Positions 17,837 to 28,277 of a stretch of 44,146 bases of DNA are shown here, one piece after another (within the stretch, counting starts at the first letter, position 1; each line of letters opens with the position of its first letter). Position numbers and translations under genes: made by a program. The DNA comes from Stenomitos sp. (lineage in GTDB: Bacteria > Cyanobacteriota > Cyanobacteriia > Thermosynechococcales > Thermosynechococcaceae), in NCBI GenBank assembly GCA_036704065.1, contig DATNQK010000370.1:1-44146 (forward strand). The letters run 5' to 3'. Under the pieces are notes generated by a model, which was not told where the DNA came from, searched no databases, and worked only from the letters and a program-made list of their open reading frames with translations.

Positions 17837-18784
17837 CTACCCAGAATGAGACAAAGAACGCTTTAAAGACGTTAAACCCTTAACCACTTTAGCCACCCCT
17901 CGCTTAAAGCGTTGTGTAACCTCTAAGGGAAACATCCGAATCACAAAATAGCAATCCCAAAATGATGTTTTCATCCAAAAGCCGATGGATTTTTTGCTCT
18001 CCATTTCATGCTTATATATAAACCTTCTTTTAGACATTTGAATAGCATAACAAGCATTAGACTGCTTATAGTCAGAGCTATTCATATCAGGAAATTTTTG
18101 ACACCATTCTTTCCACCAGAATTTCAGAATAAAAGGAGGTTTCTCTAACAAAATTTTTTTAATATCTTGATTATTAGATTCAATTTTATAGTCATGTGCA
18201 AACGAGTGAGGCTGTCCTCTCAACTCAGCATAGAGATAGGGAGCAGCATCCCATTTTCTCTTAAACTCGGGATCCGATTGATACAATTTCTTAAATCGCC
18301 GATCAATCCAAAAATAACTATCAGCCCTAACTCTATTTTTCCAATACTCATCACATGCTGCCTTCCATTTATTGATGATCAAACCAGACTTTTGTGACCC
18401 GATAAACCAACTTGCAGGGCCATTTCTGCAACTCATCCCACCGCCGTGAGTGTGATACATCCATAAACCTGCAGGCCCAACAGCATCTTCAATCCAGGGG
18501 TCTAAAGGCTGCATACATAACATCGTCGCATCGGCCCAGACGCCGCCATGATTTTTGAGTAAGCTCAAACGGATAATATCGGCTCGAGCTTGATACCCTA
18601 TCTCTTTGCTTTCGTCATAAATATATTCAATATCACTAACATACTGATGAAGATTATCTGCCGTAAGATACTCAATATTCCAGTTCGGGTTATTGATTTC
18701 CCAGGACTGTGCAACTTCTTTAATCAAAGAAGGAGCTTTACTCCATCCTTGTAACCAAAGTAACCATATTGTTTTATTTAACAT
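17837..18784 (-). CDS. Capsular polysaccharide synthesis protein (Caps_synth / GT32-like)
   Basis: IWLLWLQGW, ADIIRLSLLKNHGGVWADAT, ASWFI motifs. Confidence 0.85.
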   Translation of the reverse strand: MLNKTIWLLWLQGWSKAPSLIKEVAQSWEINNPNWNIEYLTADNLHQYVSDIEYIYDESKEIGYQARADIIRLSLLKNHGGVWADATMLCMQPLDPWIEDAVGPAGLWMYHTHGGGMSCRNGPASWFIGSQKSGLIINKWKAACDEYWKNRVRADSYFWIDRRFKKLYQSDPEFKRKWDAAPYLYAELRGQPHSFAHDYKIESNNQDIKKILLEKPPFILKFWWKEWCQKFPDMNSSDYKQSNACYAIQMSKRRFIYKHEMESKKSIGFWMKTSFWDCYFVIRMFPLEVTQRFKRGVAKVVKGLTSLKRSLSHSG

Positions 18785-18845
18785 TTATAAAAAATCCAAG
18801 CCACTTCTGTATCAATCAAAGACTTTTGCCAAAATCGCTTAGACT

Positions 18846-19271
18846 CTACAAATTACGATCTACGTAAGGTGCCAGAAATTTTCCATTCATCCTACGACTC
18901 ATGCGGTAGGTATACTCACTAACCGAAGGATTAGGCTGATTTGGATTGGTTGTCTTAGTACTACGGCTCCAATCTCCTCGGTTGGCAGGAATCGTTGCGA
19001 ACAAGCCCTCTTCTCTTCGAGTCACAACCATCCATAGGCAACCATGGGTTTCGCAAAAGAATTCTTCAATCCATGCATTTTTAGTGACAAATGCACCCTC
19101 GGCTGCGAGGATATTCGCAATCTTTAAAGACACTCCGAGATGCCTTTTTATATCTACAGCCTCAGTGTAGTAAAGAAAGTGCTTTGGACTACCCAAACGA
19201 GATAATTCACATCCGCAAAGATTACAGAAAAAATATTTTTTCTGCTTACTTCGACTACGCTTATTTGGCAT
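18846..19271 (-). CDS. Hypothetical basic protein with candidate metal-binding CxxC and CxxH motifs
   Basis: FFCNLCG and FFCETHGC; co-oriented inside the locus. Confidence 0.75.
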   Translation of the reverse strand: MPNKRSRSKQKKYFFCNLCGCELSRLGSPKHFLYYTEAVDIKRHLGVSLKIANILAAEGAFVTKNAWIEEFFCETHGCLWMVVTRREEGLFATIPANRGDWSRSTKTTNPNQPNPSVSEYTYRMSRRMNGKFLAPYVDRNL

Positions 19272-19336
19272 AGGAAACTCTATAGCTATAGATTTATGAA
19301 ATTTTCAATAAAAATGGTTCAAGCAGTGCCTATTCA

Positions 19337-20554
19337 TCAAGACAAGGCAACTGACTGAGCATCGAGTACAGGGAGATAGGAAAGCACAGCTTTAGCAATT
19401 TGCAAGGAAGAAGTAGCTGCGGGAGAGGGAGCATTGCAAATATGCAGAGAATGCGCACCTTCTACGATTAAGAAGTCATCCACCAATTGACCATCCTGTC
19501 TTAGTGCTTGTGCTCTAACCCCAGCATGCGTTGGAACCAAGTCATCTGCCTGAACTTCTGGTATTAGACGCTGTAAGCTCCGCACAAAAGCAGCCTTATT
19601 GAAGGAACGAATCATTTCTCCAATTCCTTCATCAGCATGTTTGATGGCAAGTTTCCAAAAACCTGGATATGACATGATCTCAGCAAAGTCGCGCAGGTCA
19701 AAATCAGTTTTTTTATAGCCTTCTCGCTTCAAGCTTAGGACTGCATTAGGACCCGCGTGAACGGTTCCGTCAATCATGCGCGTAAAATGAACCCCCAGGA
19801 ACGGAAAGTCTGGGTTAGGCACTGGATAAATAAGATGCTTAACCAAATACCGCTTCTCTGGTTTCAGCTCGTAATACTCACCTCTAAAGGGAATGATTTT
19901 AGCGCCAGGATTAACCTGCGTGAGTTTAGCAATGCGATCGCTATGCAGACCTGCACAGTTTATGAGAAACCGAGTCTCGAATGTACCTTTATTTGTGTCC
20001 AAGCGCTGCTTTCCATCTTGCTCGGAGATAAACTCTACTTTAGTGTCAAGCCAAATTTCACCTCCCTGGGCATAAATCAGCTCGGCATACTTTTGACAGA
20101 CCTTTTTATAATCAACAATGCCAGTGCTAAACACTCGAAGACCAGCTAGGCACTGAACATGCGGTTCAATCTCACAAACTTCCTCCTTGCTCAGCTTGAC
20201 AACCTCTAAACCATTCTGAAGTCCGCGATCATAAAGATTATCTAAGCGTGGGATTTGCTGGGGGCTAGTTGCAACAATAACCTTGCCACACACGTCATAC
20301 TCAATATTATGAGTTTGGCAAAACTCAACCATTGAGCGATTTCCCTCTTTACAGAATTTAGCCTTTAGGCTGCCAGGTTTATAGTAAATCCCAGAGTGAA
20401 TAACTCCACTATTATTCCCAGTTTGATGAAAGGCTAAGTTTTGCTCTTTCTCAAGAATTGCAATTTTCAAATTAGAAAATCGTTGACTCAATTCCATACC
20501 AATGGAAAGACCAACGATTCCACCTCCTACCACAATAAAATCAAATGTATGCAT
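19337..20554 (-). CDS. lhgO: L-2-hydroxyglutarate oxidase (FAD-dependent)
   Basis: VGGGIVG, HQTGNNSGVIHSGIYYKPGSLKA, PFRGEYY, IYPVPNPDFPFLGVHFTR, AGVRAQA, NAPSPAATSSL. Confidence 0.93.
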   Translation of the reverse strand: MHTFDFIVVGGGIVGLSIGMELSQRFSNLKIAILEKEQNLAFHQTGNNSGVIHSGIYYKPGSLKAKFCKEGNRSMVEFCQTHNIEYDVCGKVIVATSPQQIPRLDNLYDRGLQNGLEVVKLSKEEVCEIEPHVQCLAGLRVFSTGIVDYKKVCQKYAELIYAQGGEIWLDTKVEFISEQDGKQRLDTNKGTFETRFLINCAGLHSDRIAKLTQVNPGAKIIPFRGEYYELKPEKRYLVKHLIYPVPNPDFPFLGVHFTRMIDGTVHAGPNAVLSLKREGYKKTDFDLRDFAEIMSYPGFWKLAIKHADEGIGEMIRSFNKAAFVRSLQRLIPEVQADDLVPTHAGVRAQALRQDGQLVDDFLIVEGAHSLHICNAPSPAATSSLQIAKAVLSYLPVLDAQSVALS

Positions 20555-20821
20555 ATCTTAGAAAGATTCGTATAAATACACTAAAAATCTAATAAATATA
20601 AGCGCCAAATCAATTATAAGTAATATTTTCTGAATTAATCAGACGTCCTCCTATTCTCTCCACACTCAAAGCTAATCAGAGAAGCAGCCAAGAAGATCAT
20701 AACAGAGCCGACCAGAAAAAGACTAAAGATCATCAAACATACTTCCAGTCAAGGCTATGACCCAGAAAAAAGCTGGATTGCAGATACTTTATCAACTTAT
20801 CTTTCAAGCGAGACAACACCA

Positions 20822-22423
20822 TCAGTTAGCTTGTGAACAAGAATAAAATATATTGTATCGTCGTAACAACCAAAGTCTGGCTAAAATCCCTGTACATAAA
20901 ACCAGCAAAGTGCAAGTAAATTGGTCATCAAGCATAATTGTATGAGCTACAGAAGGTCCAGCATTCAGAAAAAGCAAAGGACCTATAAGCGACACACCGA
21001 CCAACAGAAAATAATATAATCCCGAATTTTTATTGAATAGAAAACTACAAAATGCAATAAAAATACCTAAAGGAATAAAGAGTACACTAAAATACAAAAA
21101 TTGATAAATCGCAGTGTTTACAACTCTAGGATTTGCCATCCAATCACCAAATCTTAGTAACAAGGTACGAGCAATCAACATCCCAGGGCTCATGTCGAAA
21201 GACACATGGTTATCAAATGAGTCTGTGTAAATATTTAAGACCTTATTATCATAAGTAATAATAACTCTATGAAGAATTTTATCTGAAAAGAATTTAGGAA
21301 TTACAATCTCAGGTTTAGTACCATTATTGCCTGTCAATCGAGTCCGTAATCGTATAACCAGTTGGTCTGACTGTTGCGCAAGTGTAAAATTACGAGCGTA
21401 AACTCCCCCCGACATAGAAACAATTCTTGCAGGCCCAAATTGGGGAACAGCAGCTGGAGCAAAGGATAGATCTAAGGTAAATTGAGAGGTTGAGCGAATA
21501 CGACTATTGAGAGCCGTTGCTGCTTCGCCGGTAGTCAACCATTGCTTACGATCCAACACCACCCCATTTTTAGTAAAAATTTGCTCTTTTGAGGGCGCAC
21601 TGTGCCATTGAAGTCGGCTCTGCTGTTGGGCTTGCTTAAGTAGACTTTCATTCCCATCTTGAAATGAAAAGTCAGCCACAACAGAAGATGATATTGCTTC
21701 CCAGGCACTGCGATTTCCTAAAACACTCTTCACGGTTTGGGGTTTAATGGCCTGATCGGCAAGGGTAAGACTTGTAATAGAGCCTTCCCAAGGGCGATCG
21801 CCTGTTGCTTCATTCCCCAAATTTAAAGGATAAGATAAGTCCCAATTGGAAAGCAGCGTCGAACGTTGCAGAACTAGAGTGATAGGAAAGGCAGCTAATA
21901 GATAAAGCGCCAAGGCCAAAAGTAGAATTTTATAAGAAAATCTTTGATCTAATTTATGAAGAATAAGACTTGATCGCTTAGTTTTAGTCTGTTGAATCCA
22001 TGCACTCAGAAAACCACCTAACCCACCTCCTATTGTATTTATCAGAATATCTACCGCAGAAGTAGTTCTTGAGGGAAGGAACAACTGAAGAAACTCAACA
22101 AGCGTGGATAGCGACAGACAAATTAACGTAGAAACCGAGAAAACATAGACTAATCTTAGTTTTAAGTGTTTAGATAGCAAAACTGCTACCGCAAATCCAA
22201 ACGGGAGAAACAATAGCACATTGGCAATTAGCTCTCCAAGATCGGTAGGCGGATAACTTTTTAAAGTTTGAAAAAATTTATCAAACGAAGAGTGCCAAAA
22301 CAAATGATTCAAATGCTCGAAATTAAAAGGAGACAGTGTAATAACTAAAATAAGAGCCAAACTAAAAAATAAGAACTCAAAAACAAACTTACTCATAAGG
22401 AAATAAATTTTATACAAGTGCAA
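20822..22423 (-). CDS. Membrane protein: VanZ-like N-terminal domain, extracytoplasmic LamG/ConA-like domain, C-terminal TM helices
   Basis: ANVLLFLPFG, VEFLQLFLPSRTTSAVDILINTIGG (VanZ); LNLGNEATGDRPWEGSI and FTLDL...GPARIVS...NFTLAQ (LamG-like). The start may be ATG 22396. Confidence 0.75.
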   Translation of the reverse strand: MHLYKIYFLMSKFVFEFLFFSLALILVITLSPFNFEHLNHLFWHSSFDKFFQTLKSYPPTDLGELIANVLLFLPFGFAVAVLLSKHLKLRLVYVFSVSTLICLSLSTLVEFLQLFLPSRTTSAVDILINTIGGGLGGFLSAWIQQTKTKRSSLILHKLDQRFSYKILLLALALYLLAAFPITLVLQRSTLLSNWDLSYPLNLGNEATGDRPWEGSITSLTLADQAIKPQTVKSVLGNRSAWEAISSSVVADFSFQDGNESLLKQAQQQSRLQWHSAPSKEQIFTKNGVVLDRKQWLTTGEAATALNSRIRSTSQFTLDLSFAPAAVPQFGPARIVSMSGGVYARNFTLAQQSDQLVIRLRTRLTGNNGTKPEIVIPKFFSDKILHRVIITYDNKVLNIYTDSFDNHVSFDMSPGMLIARTLLLRFGDWMANPRVVNTAIYQFLYFSVLFIPLGIFIAFCSFLFNKNSGLYYFLLVGVSLIGPLLFLNAGPSVAHTIMLDDQFTCTLLVLCTGILARLWLLRRYNIFYSCSQAN

Positions 22424-22483
22424 GTTTTAAGACAAAGCCTAGTCAACAAGTGATTAAACAAGTTGATAATCGGTTCATGCTTC

Positions 22484-24133
22484 TCACCTGCAAGATCTAC
22501 TGCTAAATGGAGAGATTATTTTTGACTTTAAGCGCAAAAGTCTCACTCTGGTCAAAAGAAAATCCTTTTGAGTCAACGTCAGATAGTTCTGTTTAATAAA
22601 TTTCTCGAGGTTTATAAGGTTATAATCGGATGTACTAATATTGGAACGTTTTAGCTTAAGCTCTTTTTCTAAATCTTTATTCACTAAATCTGGGTTTTCT
22701 AGATAACTATCATTAACCAAGAATATTAAGCCATTAGATCTGTTTATGGTAGGCAAACAACTAAACAAAGATCTAATCTCTTGTTCATTTATAGGCCGAT
22801 AAGCCTGTAAATCTTGAAAGTACCGCTCTTTAGGAATAGGAGCAATTGTATTAATGCCAGAATAGTAGTATTGCAGTAGAGGAGCAAGACTACCATTAAA
22901 AACAACAATAGGCTGCTGAGGAAGCTCAGTCTTTTCCAGATAGGAAGCAACACGCTTCCAATCTCCAGGCTTGGCAAGTGATCGATAGTTAAAATATGTC
23001 GTAAACAAATAAAGGAAAGAAAAAGAAAAAATTAAAATACTGTTCAGGCTACTAAAGAAAAAATTAAAATTAGATAATACCCAACACCATAACAATAACG
23101 TGGGCAAGAAAAGAACAACCAAATGTCGTGGTGACATCAATTGGTCTCCCACCAGAAAATAAAGTGGAATACATAGCAAAGTAGGTACCAAAGCAGAAAT
23201 CCAAATCGAAACTTGAATTTCTGTCATCTTTCTATATTTTTTTACAAAAGTAACAATAAGAATTAATACCACACTCACACGAAGAAGTTTTCTCATCAGA
23301 GAACTTAACGCATTGGGTGGAGCAATAAAGTAAGTTAGACGTTCAGTCGAAATATCTAAGCTGGAAATCAAGGAAGAGTTATGAATATGATTATTAATAT
23401 CAATTCCAATATTCTGAGTATGAGTAATAATTTGGGAAGGAATATAGAATAAAATTGGGAGTAGAAGCAAGCCAACAATACTTAAACCAAAGATATAAGA
23501 CTTGAGAGCATTCCATTTTTTAAGCCAAAATAGCGTCAAAGCATGAGCAACTAACAAAAAACCCAGATAATATTGAGTGTAGAGAGCACAAGTAGCAAAT
23601 ATTACATACAAAGCACGAGATTGTTTTTTGGGCTTAGACGTCAAAAATCCATCAAAAAATTTTAACAGCACCAAGGCAGATAGTAAGATGCCTAATGCTG
23701 GAGGCCTAGCTTCAATAGCAGCATAGATAGTAAAAGGATTTAAAGCAACAAGTGCAACCATCCCAACAGAACTTATGTTGGGAATATAACGTTTTGACAA
23801 ATCAAAAGTAATAGAAATTGTTATAACTATAAAGATAATCGATAGTAGCCTTGCCCAAATGATTGAATCATTTACCCGAAGCCAAAGATTCAATAGTATA
23901 AAATAAAGGGGAGGCTGAAGTTCAAAAAAGATGGATTGATGAATGGTTGAAGCTAGATCTAATCTACTGGTTGTAAGGGAATAAAGTTCATCCAACCAAA
24001 GATTTAGGTAGACGCCTAATGGAACAGTCATCAATAAATTGATGACTATCAAAAATAGAATTAACTTCTTTTCGCCAACATCAGCATTTTTCCTTATATG
24101 AATAGTTGAAATATTAAAACCAGTATTTTCCAT
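22484..24133 (-). CDS. GT-C fold membrane glycosyltransferase (GT39/ArnT/PMT-like)
   Basis: LWLDELYS, QPPLYFILL, ARLLS, EARP, YTQY motifs; many TM segments. Confidence 0.8.
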   Translation of the reverse strand: MENTGFNISTIHIRKNADVGEKKLILFLIVINLLMTVPLGVYLNLWLDELYSLTTSRLDLASTIHQSIFFELQPPLYFILLNLWLRVNDSIIWARLLSIIFIVITISITFDLSKRYIPNISSVGMVALVALNPFTIYAAIEARPPALGILLSALVLLKFFDGFLTSKPKKQSRALYVIFATCALYTQYYLGFLLVAHALTLFWLKKWNALKSYIFGLSIVGLLLLPILFYIPSQIITHTQNIGIDINNHIHNSSLISSLDISTERLTYFIAPPNALSSLMRKLLRVSVVLILIVTFVKKYRKMTEIQVSIWISALVPTLLCIPLYFLVGDQLMSPRHLVVLFLPTLLLWCWVLSNFNFFFSSLNSILIFSFSFLYLFTTYFNYRSLAKPGDWKRVASYLEKTELPQQPIVVFNGSLAPLLQYYYSGINTIAPIPKERYFQDLQAYRPINEQEIRSLFSCLPTINRSNGLIFLVNDSYLENPDLVNKDLEKELKLKRSNISTSDYNLINLEKFIKQNYLTLTQKDFLLTRVRLLRLKSKIISPFSSRSCR

Positions 24134-24460
24134 TGATAAAGATCTAACAAATCACAAACAGAAGTGTTTTATATATGGGCTACCAAGCTCTATCGCAAGA
24201 GAAGAAAGTAACAAGTTGATCAAATACTACTTTTGTTAGGGCAGATAAATTTTTACTACTTCAGCATTTAGAACGAATTGCTTATCTTCCTCCAATAGCA
24301 GCCATACAGGGAACACACATAGTAAAGCTGCTATATGTCGTCATCTTGCGAAGTTTAAACAGAAAAGGATTTAGTGAATTAACTTGGCAATTGGAATTAA
24401 GGTGAGTTCAATTAGATTTATGCTCAAGCTTGGCTGATGAAACGAATGAACAGACAATCC

Positions 24461-25426
24461 TTAGCGAGAGACTGATGCACTCAGAGATTTCTGAGACAAT
24501 TCATTCTCAGCAGGCTGATAGATCAGCATTCCATCCTCAGCCAATGACTCTTCAGTTTCGTAAAGGTCAAGAATATCCTGCGAAGGCCGAATCAGATCAA
24601 CGCAACGCATAAAATCTCGCAGAGAAGTACCAACAGGAGCAGAATCGATATTTGGCGCTCCGCCACGAGCAATGACATCGTCAATGTTCACAGTTCTAAA
24701 ATCAATGCTGTATCGCGTCAAGCCAGAAGTATTAGGAACTGTTGAGTGTAAATGAGCCCCTGAAAAAATTACAACTCCTCCCACCGAGCAAACTACTCTT
24801 ACCTGTGGGTCAAGTTCTAAGGTTTGCTGAGGCTTGGGTTGAATTCGAGTATCAGATTTAATATGCTGAGAAGCATTTTTCCGACCTGTTTGATTATATT
24901 TGTAATAATTGAAGCACTTTGAATCGTTTTCGACAGGCTCATTCCAATATTTTGGATGAAATGCCATAGCACTTTCAGACTCGATGTCGTAAATGGGGAG
25001 CCACCAGTTTAACTGGCTCATTGGTGCTGAGTACCAAGTATCCCGATGGGGATGGAATGCATAACCTACCCCATTGGTTAAATAGCCATCAGAAGTACAA
25101 GTTCTTAATCGCGGTACATCAAGATAAGTTCTCTGAGGATGACACTCAAACTCTTTGAGGATATTTTGAATTAGCGATTTAGTTCTGGGATGATGAATAA
25201 ACTGAGGTTTTAGTTTTGATGCGATCGCGACATATTCTTCTACAGGCATATGATATTGAGCTGTTCTTGGATCTAAAGAACCAAAAGCCTCTTCTATCAT
25301 CTCGCGGGCAAAGTTACATAATGCAATTGTGCTTGAACAAGGCGAAAAAACAAAAATCTGTCCTTCATACAACTTTTTGCGTCGCACTTCATCACATACA
25401 TCAGAATCAAAGTAAATTGTATTCAT
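24461..25426 (-). CDS. Hypothetical protein, probable Fe(II)/2-oxoglutarate-dependent oxygenase
   Basis: HxD motif (HPHRDTWY), LNWWLPI, distal His (GAHLHST) and RYSIDFR, in the order expected for a DSBH 2OG oxygenase. Confidence 0.65.
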   Translation of the reverse strand: MNTIYFDSDVCDEVRRKKLYEGQIFVFSPCSSTIALCNFAREMIEEAFGSLDPRTAQYHMPVEEYVAIASKLKPQFIHHPRTKSLIQNILKEFECHPQRTYLDVPRLRTCTSDGYLTNGVGYAFHPHRDTWYSAPMSQLNWWLPIYDIESESAMAFHPKYWNEPVENDSKCFNYYKYNQTGRKNASQHIKSDTRIQPKPQQTLELDPQVRVVCSVGGVVIFSGAHLHSTVPNTSGLTRYSIDFRTVNIDDVIARGGAPNIDSAPVGTSLRDFMRCVDLIRPSQDILDLYETEESLAEDGMLIYQPAENELSQKSLSASVSR

Positions 25427-25971
25427 CTATTCAATTGATTACCTAAAGTACACCTACATAGCAAATTTCAAGCAGCATAAATTAAGTTAGTTTCAATATT
25501 TTTCAACTAAAATTATTTATAATTTTTCTGCTTTTCATGAAGACATTTGGAAGAATGGTAAAATCTTCGGGCACAAGCCAAAAAGTTTGCATTTTTCATC
25601 CCCCTTACAGATAATAAGCCCTGATTATTACCAATTCTTTATCAGAAGAGTTGTCTTCAAAGCTCTAGCCTTGCGATCGCCTAGAATCACCAATAAAACA
25701 GTAAGTCTCGCAAGCGAATTCCGCAGCTGTCTAAAGAGGTTTCTTGGCTAGACTGATTGGATGACTTAATGTATCGTTCTTGCGACATTGTAGCTCATGA
25801 TACTCAATCTTACTGGCAATGGTTAACCAAGCACTGATCTAGAGAGAGCTTGCCCTAAGTCAGCAATATTTAGACAAGGTCGTGGGGATCTAAGTTCTAT
25901 CCATCCGTTGATCAACTAGGACAGCTTCCATCAAAGTAACTAAAGCCTAGGCACTAATAGCAATGCATACT

Positions 25972-27201
25972 TTAGACAATCTCAGGAAATGGGATAGGAA
26001 TAATAAAATGTCCTCCGCCTTGACGATATGCACTCTGCTGGCGCATTATCTCTTCAGCAAAATTCCAGGCAAGGATCAAAACATAATCTGGCTTATCCTC
26101 TACTAGTTTAGAAGGGGGAAAAATTGGAAGATGATTTCCTCCCATAAAACGTCCTTGCTTAAAGGGATTCAGATCCACCACATAATCTACAAGCGTACGA
26201 TCAATGCCGACATACGCAAGCATAGTAGTGGCCTTTGCTGCAGCACCATAGGCTGCTACTCTTTTTCCTTGGTTTTTCAAATCTTGTAGCATCTCTCGCA
26301 ATGCTTGCTTAATGCCAAAAATGCGATCGCCAAATTCTCTGTAGTAGTCAAGATGATCTACTCCTCTCTCAGCTTCAATCTCTAATAAATGTTTTACCGA
26401 GTCTTGCACAGCCTCATGTGGCTCAACAAATAGTCGTAGTGAGCCTCCATGAATGGAAGTCTGTTGCACATCGTTCAAGAAGAGATTATGCCGTCTAAAT
26501 AACTTGTCTAGACTGGTCACCGAGAAATAACACAGATGTTGGTGGTAAATCGTATCGAACTCGCAGTGGTCAACTAAATCGACCACATAAGGAGCTTCGA
26601 TAACAGCAACGCCTGTTGGCTTAAGTAACGTACCAATGCCAGCCACAAATCCATTTAAGTCAGGGACGTGCGCCAAAACATTGTTGGCCAGGAAAACATC
26701 GGCCTCCTTGCCTTCACTTTTGAGACGCAGGGCTAAATCATGGGTAAAAAAATCGCATAAGGTTGGAATACCAGCCTTTTGAGCATTCTCAGCTTGCCCT
26801 TGTGCTGGGTCGATGCCCAAGACAGGTATGCCACATTCCACAAAATTGCGTAACATGTACCCGTCATTACTGGCAGCTTCAATCACCAAACTGTTTTCAT
26901 CTAGATGTCTAGATTGAATGACTGCTTTAGCACTCGCTGCAAAATGCTGAAGCAAGGAAGGGGAAACAGACGAAAAATATGGGTAGTCACGACAGAAAAG
27001 AATTTCTGGCGGCACCACTTCGGTAATCTGAACAAGCGCGCAATCAGGACAAAACGCAAGATCTAAGGGTGCCACAATCTCCGATGAATTGAGCTGCGCC
27101 TCAGTAAGCAACGCATCCGCCAAAGGCGTCTCACCAAAGGAAACAATCAAGTCTAGATGTGGATTACGACAGGAGAGACATGCAACTTTTGAGTCATGCA
27201 T
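25972..27201 (-). CDS. NDP-sugar C-methyltransferase (Zn-binding N-terminus, class I SAM, C-terminal domain)
   Basis: CLSC...[73 protein letters not shown]. Confidence 0.9.
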   Translation of the reverse strand: MHDSKVACLSCRNPHLDLIVSFGETPLADALLTEAQLNSSEIVAPLDLAFCPDCALVQITEVVPPEILFCRDYPYFSSVSPSLLQHFAASAKAVIQSRHLDENSLVIEAASNDGYMLRNFVECGIPVLGIDPAQGQAENAQKAGIPTLCDFFTHDLALRLKSEGKEADVFLANNVLAHVPDLNGFVAGIGTLLKPTGVAVIEAPYVVDLVDHCEFDTIYHQHLCYFSVTSLDKLFRRHNLFLNDVQQTSIHGGSLRLFVEPHEAVQDSVKHLLEIEAERGVDHLDYYREFGDRIFGIKQALREMLQDLKNQGKRVAAYGAAAKATTMLAYVGIDRTLVDYVVDLNPFKQGRFMGGNHLPIFPPSKLVEDKPDYVLILAWNFAEEIMRQQSAYRQGGGHFIIPIPFPEIV

Positions 27202-27230
27202 ACAGGGTGAGAAGAAAGGAAGAAGTCTTT

Positions 27231-28277
27231 TTACAATGAATGAACAAGTATAGGACTATGCCAACGCAGCGAAGAATCCAAATCTCCAGTCTCTAAAAGT
27301 GACTGTATATGAGCAATTCGCTTATATTTCGGACCTTCAAAATCTTCAAGCGCTAGGCCAGTCTTCTGATAAGCTGCATAGAGCTGTTCTGCACCTAGCC
27401 GAGCATTCCAGCGAGGCTTAAACTCTGTTAGCACGCGTTGAATTTTACTACAGTCAACTCGATAGCATCGTTTATCAGGACTGGCATCTTTCGCATATTC
27501 GATTTTGCAGTTAGGGACTACTGTTCCCACAATCTCTGCTAACTCGCGGATACGATAGTTGTCTTCATTACGACCCACATTGAAAGCCTGATTGTGAACA
27601 ATCTCGCGAGGGGCTTGCAAAACTGCAATAAAGGCCCGTGAAATATCCTCAATGTGAACGATAGGTCGCCAAGGAGTACCGTCGCTTTTAATATAGATTT
27701 GTCCTGTAGTAAAGGCCCAAGCCACAAGATTATTCAGAACCAAATCAAACCGCAGCCTAGGAGAGACGCCATATGCAGTTGCACTGCGCAAGAACGTAGG
27801 ACTAAAGTTCTCATCAGCAAGTATTGAAATATCCTGCTCTGCTCGTACTTTAGAGATGCCATAGGGAGTAACAGGATTAAACGCAGACTCCTCATTTAAC
27901 CAATCATCACCCCCTGCACCATAGTTACTGCAAGACGATGAAAAGATAAAGCGAGGAACACCCACTTGCTTCGCAAGCTGAGCCAGATGCACTGAGGCTA
28001 AATGGTTAATGTCGTAGGTCAGAGCCGGATTTAAATCGCCCAACGGATCGTTGGACAAGCCAGCTAGATGGATTACTGCATCAAAGCCTGCGAGAGTTTC
28101 AGCTTTTACATCTCGAATATCTGCTTTAATTTCAGGTATTTCTTGAATGCCGCTGCCAAAGGTACTCTTTTCATAAAGATCACTGTCTAAGCCAACCACT
28201 TCATGATTTAACGCTAACAGCATAGGCACCATGACCGTACCGATATAACCCTTGTGCCCCGTTAACAATACCTTCAT
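27231..28277 (-). CDS. NAD-dependent epimerase/dehydratase (extended SDR)
   Basis: [30 protein letters not shown]; SD ggagg 6 nt before ATG 28277. Confidence 0.92.
   Translation of the reverse strand: MKVLLTGHKGYIGTVMVPMLLALNHEVVGLDSDLYEKSTFGSGIQEIPEIKADIRDVKAETLAGFDAVIHLAGLSNDPLGDLNPALTYDINHLASVHLAQLAKQVGVPRFIFSSSCSNYGAGGDDWLNEESAFNPVTPYGISKVRAEQDISILADENFSPTFLRSATAYGVSPRLRFDLVLNNLVAWAFTTGQIYIKSDGTPWRPIVHIEDISRAFIAVLQAPREIVHNQAFNVGRNEDNYRIRELAEIVGTVVPNCKIEYAKDASPDKRCYRVDCSKIQRVLTEFKPRWNARLGAEQLYAAYQKTGLALEDFEGPKYKRIAHIQSLLETGDLDSSLRWHSPILVHSL

Noticed and set aside
25670-25790. 33-codon minus-strand ORF (MSQERYIK...LLFYW) in the gap after the C-methyltransferase
   Set aside because: Weak SD and no recognisable features; cannot be distinguished from chance.
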